From Xylanibacter ruminicola 23 (GTDB lineage: Bacteria > Bacteroidota > Bacteroidia > Bacteroidales > Bacteroidaceae), in NCBI RefSeq assembly GCF_000025925.1, contig NC_014033.1:1200001-1232000 (forward strand): a stretch of 32,000 nt of DNA, in the 5' to 3' direction. How positions within the stretch are numbered: position 1 is the first letter of the stretch; each line of letters starts with the position of its first letter. A program made the position numbers and the translations under genes. The notes under the pieces were generated by a model. The model saw nothing but the letters and a program-made list of their open reading frames with translations. It searched no databases and was not told where the DNA came from. Below are positions 23,403-31,117 of the stretch, in pieces.

Positions 23403-23819
23403 ATGAATAATATGAAGGTTGAAGCAATTGTGGAAAGAACAGACAATGGTTATTACTCCATTGCATGCGATGCCCAGATTGGAAACTTCTGTTTGGGTGG
23501 GTATGGAAACAGTGTTGACGAAGCCAAAGCCGACATGGCAGCTATCGTGAAGGAAGCTCAGGAAGAATACGTGAAAGAACACGGCAGTCTTCCCAAGAAT
23601 CTTCAGGAAATCAAGATTGAGTACAAATACGATCTACAGTCCTTTTTCAATTACTTCGAATGGATTAACATCAGCAAATTTGCCAAGTTTGCAGGTATCA
23701 ACGAAAGTAAAATGCGCCAATACAAGATAGGTGCTGCCTATGCAGGCGAAAAGACCAAAGAAAAAATCTTGGTAGCCATCCAAAAAATGAGCGCAGATCT
23801 AGCTGCCGTTTCATTATAG
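23403..23819 (+). CDS. HicB-like (UPF0150-fold) N-terminal domain fused to a C-terminal HTH-like segment
   Basis: 138 aa. KVEAIVERTDNGYYSIACDAQIGNFCLGGYGNSVDEAKADMAAIVKE resembles HicB-family antitoxin N-domains. The C-terminal ISKFAKFAGINESKMRQYKIG looks like an HTH. It is the only plus-strand gene in the island. Confidence 0.5.
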   Translation: MNNMKVEAIVERTDNGYYSIACDAQIGNFCLGGYGNSVDEAKADMAAIVKEAQEEYVKEHGSLPKNLQEIKIEYKYDLQSFFNYFEWINISKFAKFAGINESKMRQYKIGAAYAGEKTKEKILVAIQKMSADLAAVSL

Positions 23820-23828
23820 AATCAAAAT

Positions 23829-23855
23829 AATGTGGTCGCAATTTGCGACCACATT
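23829..23855. terminator. Bidirectional rho-independent terminator between convergent genes
   Basis: AATGTGGTCGCA-ATT-TGCGACCACATT, a perfect 12-bp stem. AAAATAA on the left and TATTTT on the right. Confidence 0.75.
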
Positions 23856-23892
23856 TATTTTGAAACATCTACAACATTCATATAAAGAGTAA

Positions 23893-24147
23893 TCATGAAT
23901 CTTTTTTTCTTTGTGACCTAGCCTTCCTTATCTTTCTCAACTTTCTAGAATCTTCATGCGCCACATACACAACATAAGCAAAAAGAATCAGGATAACCGC
24001 AACAATAAGAAGCGACCACCATTTGAATACATAAATAATAACATATATTGCAAGCAAGACAAGAATTACCCTGCCTATTGTAGTGTTAAACAGCAACCAT
24101 AAATAAGGAAAAGCACCCATAATTATTCTATTTTTGTTTACCAACAT
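23893..24147 (-). CDS. Small multi-TM membrane protein with basic C-terminal tail (84 aa from ATG 24147)
   Basis: MLVNKNRIIMGAFPYLWLLFNTTIGRVILVLLAIYVIIYVFKWWSLLIVAVILILFAYVVYVAHEDSRKLRKIRKARSQRKKDS. ATG 24147 shares one base with the TAA of the upstream gene (TAATG). The longer track ORF (to 24180) overlaps that gene by 34 nt. Confidence 0.6.
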   Translation of the reverse strand: MLVNKNRIIMGAFPYLWLLFNTTIGRVILVLLAIYVIIYVFKWWSLLIVAVILILFAYVVYVAHEDSRKLRKIRKARSQRKKDS

Positions 24148-24686
24148 TATGCCACAAGAATGATAGCTGCTAGAGCACAAAGATTAACAGCTGTATCCTT
24201 GTTATTCCAGAAACCATCCGTTAGCTTATGCTCTATAATGTAGTCTCGCAACTTCAGACGCCATTCTTTGTTTTGCAGCAATATCCACAGAGCCTCATCA
24301 AAATAGGCATAATCTACACTTTCTTTCAACCATGCCTTTGATGGAGTACGCCCTTTACAGAGTCGTTCACCCTGATAGTTCAAATGCCAGAACCCATCAG
24401 ATTCCAAATGCCAGAATGGTTTTTCAATACCAGTTAGATTGTCAAACTGAGATTCCTTAGCATATTTCGACATCAACATTTTATATCGTCCTTCGAGCCA
24501 ATCGTTTATTGCAAACTGATTATTCCGGAACACATTAGCCTCAACACCATCAATAATTGCCAGCAACAGGACAGGCTTAGCCACAATAATCTCACCATGA
24601 ATCTTAGCCTGTCTAATACTCATTATCTGCTTTGTGTAATGCTTAAAGCATTGCTCATAGCTAAAAAAGCTTATAACCCTATTCAT
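24147..24686 (-). CDS. Stand-alone domain protein with KPVLLLAIIDG ... PFWHLESDGFWHL signature (possible modified-DNA-reading domain as in COG3183/ScoMcrA-type enzymes)
   Basis: 179 aa. ATG start with its own TAACTTTG box. The motif assignment is from memory of N-terminal domains of HNH type IV restriction enzymes. No nuclease motif is present. Confidence 0.6.
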   Translation of the reverse strand: MNRVISFFSYEQCFKHYTKQIMSIRQAKIHGEIIVAKPVLLLAIIDGVEANVFRNNQFAINDWLEGRYKMLMSKYAKESQFDNLTGIEKPFWHLESDGFWHLNYQGERLCKGRTPSKAWLKESVDYAYFDEALWILLQNKEWRLKLRDYIIEHKLTDGFWNNKDTAVNLCALAAIILVA

Positions 24687-24708
24687 AACTTTACGCCTTT
24701 AGTTGGCG

Positions 24709-24716
24709 CAAAGTTA
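24709..24716 (-). promoter_or_regulatory. Candidate -7 box TAACTTTG
   Basis: Plus-strand CAAAGTTA, 23 nt upstream of ATG 24686. Confidence 0.45.
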
Positions 24717-24755
24717 CAAAAAAATAGGGAAAGTTATAACATATCTACGATATAA

Positions 24756-25334
24756 TTAAATTTCTTCAGGTTCATCGTCATCAGACCCACCAGTCAAATC
24801 TTCTTTCTTATCAACAGCAAATGAGAGAAAAGTATCAAGAAGAGAAGAATTTCGAGAAAGCCAATTCGAATCTTCCTCTAGCTTTTCGTGAATATAATCA
24901 AACCCAAAATTTGCATACTCTTCCATTTTCTTCTTCAATTCAGCAACAGCCCGTTGGACAGTCAGTTCGCCTTTGTCCAAAGCTATAAAATCTATGTTCG
25001 TGCGAGCTAACAATGCGATAAACATATAATATCGAAGCTGGGGATAAGCCTTTCGCATCTTTCGATTCTCAATGTTTCCCCAATACATTATTGGTTGACC
25101 AAGTCCTTTTCGCTTAATCGGATCAGGATTTAACGGTTTTGGGTTGTCTGCATATAATCCAATGAAGAATGCAACGATGTACAACTCGTAGCCAGCTCCA
25201 AGAATTTTAGCTTTTGACTCAGTATACTCGTTATAGCCTTTGCCATAGTCACAATATTGACGTAATAACGGTTCGAATCTAACCTCGAAATCTGGGTTCT
25301 TTTTTGCCCATAGATCATATAAAGTCTCTGCCAT
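24756..25334 (-). CDS. Hypothetical protein with acidic tail (192 aa), last gene of the defence operon
   Basis: ATG start 2 nt after the ATPase stop. C-terminus GGSDDDEPEEI. It may correspond to a dnd-associated small protein family, but I cannot verify this. Confidence 0.65.
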   Translation of the reverse strand: MAETLYDLWAKKNPDFEVRFEPLLRQYCDYGKGYNEYTESKAKILGAGYELYIVAFFIGLYADNPKPLNPDPIKRKGLGQPIMYWGNIENRKMRKAYPQLRYYMFIALLARTNIDFIALDKGELTVQRAVAELKKKMEEYANFGFDYIHEKLEEDSNWLSRNSSLLDTFLSFAVDKKEDLTGGSDDDEPEEI

Positions 25335-25336
25335 AA

Positions 25337-27496
25337 TTACTTAATTTTTGTAGTTCTTACTCTAATTGTAGAAAGATCGTTTTTGTTAAAGCCCACCCTA
25401 TCCTTTTCTATTCTATAGATTGGACATGAAAGAGAGTACGCAGCAGATTTGATATTGCTTTTTTGGGTAGCCGCATCAAATTCTAACATATCTTTGGTTA
25501 CAATAACACACTGTTTCTGGATTTTATTGATTATTTCGTAGAATTCTGTTTCCTTCATTTGTCCAAATGAAGATGTAGGCGCATCAAAGATCAGTGGATA
25601 TTCAGTTTCTCTTTTCTCTGCAGTAACTTTAGCTATAGCAAAGAGGACCGCCATATACATCGTTGTCTTTTGCGACTCAGACGGACTGGTCACTATAGTA
25701 CCATTTTCACTCCTGAGCACAACATCTATACTTTCAGTTTCCTGACTGCGCATCATTTCAATGATTCCATGGAAATCGTTACCACTTAGTTCTGCTAAAT
25801 ACTTGTTAGAGAGTGTTTTGAGGTGAGAAATAAAATTCTTACGATTGGTCTCGCGTGCAGAAACAAAAGCCTTATAGATATGATCAAAGATATTGTGTAT
25901 ACGCCCAAGTCTGGTTACTTCCTTGTTACCAGTATCCAAAGAAGACAACTCACTCTCAGTTTCTTCCTTCTCTTTACGTAGACCTTCAAGTATCACACGC
26001 AATTCTCCTAATCTTTGCTGGGCAGACTCATGCCTATTCATAAAATCGCGGACATCCTTAGCAGAACGATTAATATCTTCCTCCGAAATGCCATTCAGTT
26101 GTGATAATGTCCGAGACTTCTCGTCCTTAGCATCATCAAGCGCTTGTTGCCATTTCTGCATTTCCTTGGTACGGTCAGCAATAAATTCCAATTCCTGTTG
26201 AATCGTATCGGTGCGATTAGCGACAGAACGTTCTTTTGGACCGCCATAACTTATACTGAGGTGCTGTAATTCTTCAACATAATTGAATTTAAAAATATCC
26301 TCATCCTCAGTCTTCTGTTGTTTCTGTCTATTTTTTAACGCTTCTTGAAGTTTTTGAACCATAAATTCATATGCTTCTGAACCTTTGGGAGCTGGTCTTC
26401 CGCAAACTTTACAACATTCATCATCAATCATTTCCACCAAATATTCTTCATTTGGAACGAACCATGGAAGTTTTGTTTTACCTTCAGGAAGAGCCAAAGC
26501 AGCCAATTGCTGTTGTTTACCTTTTTCAATTAAATATTCGTCATGTTGTTTACGACGCTCTTTACTGAATAAAGAAACTTTTTTCTTGAATTCCTCAAAA
26601 ATCTTTGGATAAGCACACAATATCCACTGATTATCTAATAGAGAAGTATTAAAGTCTACATTAGTATAGCTCCTCATTCTTCTGACTTTCTCCTCGTAGT
26701 CCTTTATTCTCTCATTGATAGAATCAAGCTTTTCTTTAATTTCACGATTGTCAACCATTTTATCGAGTTTACCCTTATAGACTCGAGAGTTCTCTTCTTG
26801 ATCTTTAATTTGCCGACGTGTATCTGAGATTTCACTCTCAATTCTATTAAGTACATGTTCTAAACGCTGAGCCTCCTGTGCCGTTTTCTTATCTTTCTTC
26901 AACTCGTTTGAATGAGCCTTACTTGCTTGTTCTTTTAAACTAAGAGTTAGTTCAGCAAACTTGTCAAGTCGAGTTATATCTGAGAAGGTTCTTAGTAATC
27001 GCTTTAATGCTTCAGTATCTTCGTGGAAAATATCAAGTTGAGTTTCGCCTTTAAACATACTGTATCTACGAATCTCTGCATCAAAGCACGAATTAAGTAT
27101 CTGTCGACCATCAATTTGCTCACGTTCGATACCATTGAAACGGTAACCATAGAATTCTCTTGACACAATTTCAACCGCGTTAGCATCGGTCTTTCTAAAG
27201 GAAAAAGCTTTCGTCAATTCCTTTTCGCCCTCATGATCAAATTTAATTGTAACACGAACTTCATCTTCATCGCCTACAATCATTTGAGACTTACGCATCT
27301 CCGATATATTGAAGATTTCATCCTTCTCACGTAATCCCGTTGTATCAAACAGCCATTCTAAGGCTTCGAAGAAAGTGGTTTTACCATCTCCATTGTCTCC
27401 GATAATTAATGTGAGTCCTGTTGGATTAAACTCAAATCGATTCTCATTTCCATAGTAACTGCGAAAGTTACGTATTTCAAGTTCTTTTAAAATCAT
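25337..27496 (-). CDS. SMC/Rad50/DndD-like ABC-type ATPase with long coiled coil and central CxxC
   Basis: 719 aa. N-terminus ILKELEIRNFRSY. Walker A GDNGDGKTT. Several hundred residues of K/E/Q/R-rich heptad-like sequence contain CCKVCGRP. Signature-like SESQKTTMYMAVLFAI. Walker B YPLIFDAPTSSF. Confidence 0.85.
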   Translation of the reverse strand: MILKELEIRNFRSYYGNENRFEFNPTGLTLIIGDNGDGKTTFFEALEWLFDTTGLREKDEIFNISEMRKSQMIVGDEDEVRVTIKFDHEGEKELTKAFSFRKTDANAVEIVSREFYGYRFNGIEREQIDGRQILNSCFDAEIRRYSMFKGETQLDIFHEDTEALKRLLRTFSDITRLDKFAELTLSLKEQASKAHSNELKKDKKTAQEAQRLEHVLNRIESEISDTRRQIKDQEENSRVYKGKLDKMVDNREIKEKLDSINERIKDYEEKVRRMRSYTNVDFNTSLLDNQWILCAYPKIFEEFKKKVSLFSKERRKQHDEYLIEKGKQQQLAALALPEGKTKLPWFVPNEEYLVEMIDDECCKVCGRPAPKGSEAYEFMVQKLQEALKNRQKQQKTEDEDIFKFNYVEELQHLSISYGGPKERSVANRTDTIQQELEFIADRTKEMQKWQQALDDAKDEKSRTLSQLNGISEEDINRSAKDVRDFMNRHESAQQRLGELRVILEGLRKEKEETESELSSLDTGNKEVTRLGRIHNIFDHIYKAFVSARETNRKNFISHLKTLSNKYLAELSGNDFHGIIEMMRSQETESIDVVLRSENGTIVTSPSESQKTTMYMAVLFAIAKVTAEKRETEYPLIFDAPTSSFGQMKETEFYEIINKIQKQCVIVTKDMLEFDAATQKSNIKSAAYSLSCPIYRIEKDRVGFNKNDLSTIRVRTTKIK

Positions 27497-27501
27497 AACC
27501 G

Positions 27502-27720
27502 TCAGCTTAAATGATTACACACTTCTCTATAAATGTCCCTGTCAGACACATTAGATGATTGCCTTTCAATAATACGACCAACAGCACTTACAACTTCATT
27601 ATCTGACTCTATTGCATCATCAACGGTCAGATAATCGTCTGGGTCATATTCGCCATACTTACAAAGTATAGGTTCTTTCAAAACTGCTTGAAGTAATTTG
27701 TCTTTTGCTCTATATTCCAT
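27502..27720 (-). CDS. Small acidic protein (72 aa)
   Basis: ATG start 5 nt after the helicase stop, with a stop 5 nt before the ATPase start. Acidic stretch YDPDDYLTVDDAIESDNE. Confidence 0.55.
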   Translation of the reverse strand: MEYRAKDKLLQAVLKEPILCKYGEYDPDDYLTVDDAIESDNEVVSAVGRIIERQSSNVSDRDIYREVCNHLS

Positions 27721-27725
27721 AGACG

Positions 27726-30002
27726 TTAAAATATTGGTAAATTATAATATGTCAAAATATCTTCTAATTCTTTTACTGTATCACTGCTATTCTGTGAAAG
27801 ATTAGCAAACTCACGAACCCTTTTCATCTCGTTGTTCAAAAGATTGCGTTCCATTTTGTAAGAAGACATAGCGTAATCAATCTTAGGCGCAACTACCAGA
27901 TCATGGATAATCGCATACTTCTTATCTTCATGAGTACGCAATATTCGTCCTCTACGTTGGATAAACTGTCTTGGGTTTCCTGTACTAGCACAGAATATCG
28001 CCATCTCGCTACGAGGCACATCAACACCTTCGTCCAAACATTTCATTGATGTCAAGACATCTAATTGTCCTTTCGAAAATTTTTCGAGTATCCCGTCTCT
28101 ATTAGCTGTTTCACTTGTGAACTGCATGACAGTTGTATGAGGGTCAACCTCTGCTACAATACGAGTATATTCATCAATAAGGTGCTGAGTTTCAACATCA
28201 TCACTTATTGTGTCTTGACTATCGCTGTCATTATCAAAGTACTCCGCAGGCTCATTACCTTCAGGGACATAAATGAGAGAATATTTCAAAGAGCCATTAG
28301 TTTTTATTCTATCTTTCAATATGTCGTAAAATACAGTCTTCTTTCCAGATGCTTTATGAATAATACGTTTTCTCTTCAACAATAGCGACATAAGTATGTC
28401 ATCTTTTTTAAATCGGTCACTATCAACTAAATAATACTTTGCCAACTTAACGGAAAGTTCATTGTATTCTTGCATCTCTTCAGAATTGAGATATACTACA
28501 TGAGGATAATAATAGTATTGACACAGCTTACCTTCCTGTATAGCTTGCTGCATAGTATATTCAAAGGTATAATCTTCTTTTATACCAAAAAAATCGTTAA
28601 TCGCATTATTTCCAGCATCATCAAACTGCCTTTGTGGTGTAGCAGATAAACCAATCCTTCTACCATAAGGTATGTATGGTAATCTTACTTTTATCTTACC
28701 CGCCCCAATATTGTGACACTCGTCTGCTATAAATAGAACCTTTTTTCTTGGGAGTTGCGTCAGAATTGTAAAAACATTATCTCGCGCAAATGAGGCATAT
28801 GTAGAAATTATGATATAATTAAGTTTGTTATCATCATTAATTTTCTCTTGCAAAATGATGTTGTCAAGTGATTTCTTCCAAGAAACATTTTTTGAGTAAA
28901 CCTTTATTATGCTATCGAAGTGAAACTTTTTACATTCGACAGCCCATTGGTCAACAAGAACGGTAGTTGGTACAAGTATTATTGCTTTATAACAACCAGC
29001 TTTTCCTTTATATATATTAAGAAGACAATTCAAAGAAGTTATTGTCTTACCAGTACCAGTAGCCATTGCAAATAGACCTTTCTGCTTATTTGCAACCCAT
29101 TTTTCAAAGGCTTTATTTTGGTATTCATGTGGACCTGTGACATAGGGGAACGCAGGCAAATCCTGATCTTCCTCACTATGATTATATTTCTCCTTAATTA
29201 AGGAAATAACGTTGTTAACTTTTTCCCGGGTACGTTTTAATGCATACGCAACATTGTTATTGATGGGATATTCTTTCTTTTCTTTTCGAATTATTTCTTC
29301 TTCCTCTTCGAGAAGCTCTTCTATCTCTTTCTTTCTGAAGCAATTTTGTATATTACTCCTAATTTTGGATGCATCAACATATACGTAATTAGGATTCTGC
29401 TCAGCAAAAGCGGTTTGAAATAATTCTTTATTGTGCCGAACCCTATTCTCTGCAACACTACCATCCCAATCACAGTCTATAGATATACTTTCAATATTTT
29501 CAATAAGTGCATTCCGAGAGAAATTACATGATCCATTAAAGCAAATGGAATTGTAGGCATCGCTAAACACTCCTTGCTTAGGATGTGATATGCCAACACT
29601 GTCTCGAGGACGGATGATTTTAATTTCCAATCTATTTTCCTGTATTAGAAAAGACAGGCAATCATAAAAATGCCGATTTCTCTTTGAAAGTGTATTTTTA
29701 ATTTTCTCCAAATTGTCTATATCAAAGAAATCAAGAACACTTCCTTCTTTTCCTTTAGCTATAAAATCCTTATCTGCTTGCGTAAGTACATCATTGATGA
29801 TAAGACGCATTTTCCCTCCATGATATAAGAACAAAGCAAAACCATCAGCCAAAACTTCTATGGCAGAAGAGGAGAAAAAGCCTAACATCAAATCAAACGA
29901 TGTAGCATTGCACAGACATTCTGAAAAGAAACCTACCGGTTCCCACTCTGTTCTGGAATCAAATTGCCTGTGACTTGGCCATATTACATCATTCTTCAGC
30001 AT
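27726..30002 (-). CDS. PLD-family (single HKD) nuclease domain fused to an SF2 DEAD/DEAH-box (ResIII-type) helicase
   Basis: HKD-like GISHPKQGVFSD...FNGSCNFS in the N-terminal third. Helicase motif I MATGTGKT, motif II FIADECHN, motif III GLSATPQR and motif VI QFIQRRGRILR. The track start (30035) is a GTG overlapping the upstream gene by 22 nt. ATG 30002 (MLKNDVIW...) is preferred. Confidence 0.9.
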   Translation of the reverse strand: MLKNDVIWPSHRQFDSRTEWEPVGFFSECLCNATSFDLMLGFFSSSAIEVLADGFALFLYHGGKMRLIINDVLTQADKDFIAKGKEGSVLDFFDIDNLEKIKNTLSKRNRHFYDCLSFLIQENRLEIKIIRPRDSVGISHPKQGVFSDAYNSICFNGSCNFSRNALIENIESISIDCDWDGSVAENRVRHNKELFQTAFAEQNPNYVYVDASKIRSNIQNCFRKKEIEELLEEEEEIIRKEKKEYPINNNVAYALKRTREKVNNVISLIKEKYNHSEEDQDLPAFPYVTGPHEYQNKAFEKWVANKQKGLFAMATGTGKTITSLNCLLNIYKGKAGCYKAIILVPTTVLVDQWAVECKKFHFDSIIKVYSKNVSWKKSLDNIILQEKINDDNKLNYIIISTYASFARDNVFTILTQLPRKKVLFIADECHNIGAGKIKVRLPYIPYGRRIGLSATPQRQFDDAGNNAINDFFGIKEDYTFEYTMQQAIQEGKLCQYYYYPHVVYLNSEEMQEYNELSVKLAKYYLVDSDRFKKDDILMSLLLKRKRIIHKASGKKTVFYDILKDRIKTNGSLKYSLIYVPEGNEPAEYFDNDSDSQDTISDDVETQHLIDEYTRIVAEVDPHTTVMQFTSETANRDGILEKFSKGQLDVLTSMKCLDEGVDVPRSEMAIFCASTGNPRQFIQRRGRILRTHEDKKYAIIHDLVVAPKIDYAMSSYKMERNLLNNEMKRVREFANLSQNSSDTVKELEDILTYYNLPIF

Positions 30003-30013
30003 TGGCGATTTCT

Positions 30014-31117
30014 TTATATAAAACAGTTCGTACACATGATATCATCACCAAGGATCTCGGCAAGGGTTGTACCCTTGTTGTTTGCTCGGCTTTCTTTTTG
30101 GCGACGGATGATGTCGAGTTTTATCTGGCGGATACGTTCTGGTTTAATGAGGTCGGCTAAACTCTCATTCTGATTCCACGTGTATCCATCTTTTTCAAAC
30201 TCCATCGCTTTCTTAAAGAGGTCGGGATGTTGCTCATAGAGCCATATCCATTCTATCTTCTGCTGGAAGAAACAGAAGTAACAACCAGAACGACTGCGGC
30301 AATAGGTTCCCGTTTCGCCATCTACTTCGAAAGGTATTTCCTCGTAATAGGCAGGTACTCCTACTCCACTTTCTCTCAGTAATCTGAAAATATCGTCCTT
30401 TACCAATATGTCGGTATTATCAAGCAGGGGGAACTCATCCAGTTTCCCCACTGGGTAATCAGTTGTCTTAAGAAACTCGAACACCGCATGATTAAACAAC
30501 TTAACGTCGTAATCAAGTAATGCATTCATTTTCTTAGAATAAAAGAACTGCTTGGTAATCGGTTTCTTTACCGTATCCATAATCTCTTCCTTGAGGAACC
30601 CTTCTGGACAAAGACGCTCGTATATTTCCGTTATCTGTTCCAGGTTCTCATTGTGCAAGAACTTGTTGATGACGTCAATGCTCCATATATTTTTACGGAA
30701 TGGGAATACAGCTTGGATATTGGGCTTAGAAGAGATATAACCATCACGATCCTCATCGCCTCGAATACCAACATACGAAACTGCATAATCGTCACCAACG
30801 TATTCCTCGAACTTATCGAGTTTCATCTTTTTGGTACACCAACGAGCCTGGGGAGAAGGTAAGAAACCACCCATAGCTTTTAAGAAATGGTGGAATGGTG
30901 TTGGCTCAGGACTACCCTCGGCAGCTCTCAGTCTTTCAATCTTACCCAAATAGGCCTCCAGGCGATTAATCAGCGTTTCGGTTTCAGCCAACTCACAACC
31001 GGTATCTGAATTATAGTACTCAATCTTTAATGATGGGTACGTCTTTTTCAGATAGATGGCGAGAGCAGCACTATCCTTACCACCTGAAATTCCTAATATA
31101 TGTCTTACTTTTGTCAT
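30014..31117 (-). CDS. PAPS-reductase-fold PP-loop ATP pyrophosphatase (DndC/SspD-like)
   Basis: 367 aa. N-terminal PP-loop GISGGKDSAALA. C-terminal cysteine cluster YCRSRSGCYFCFF plus terminal MCTNCFI. ATGA overlap with the upstream gene. Confidence 0.82.
   Translation of the reverse strand: MTKVRHILGISGGKDSAALAIYLKKTYPSLKIEYYNSDTGCELAETETLINRLEAYLGKIERLRAAEGSPEPTPFHHFLKAMGGFLPSPQARWCTKKMKLDKFEEYVGDDYAVSYVGIRGDEDRDGYISSKPNIQAVFPFRKNIWSIDVINKFLHNENLEQITEIYERLCPEGFLKEEIMDTVKKPITKQFFYSKKMNALLDYDVKLFNHAVFEFLKTTDYPVGKLDEFPLLDNTDILVKDDIFRLLRESGVGVPAYYEEIPFEVDGETGTYCRSRSGCYFCFFQQKIEWIWLYEQHPDLFKKAMEFEKDGYTWNQNESLADLIKPERIRQIKLDIIRRQKESRANNKGTTLAEILGDDIMCTNCFI

Noticed and set aside
23298-23582. 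94-aa minus-strand ORF overlapping the HicB-like gene start and promoter
   Set aside because: Its translation is hydrophobic and low-complexity. It overlaps a plus-strand gene that has a promoter box, an operator-like palindrome and a terminator. There is no promoter box for the minus-strand ORF.
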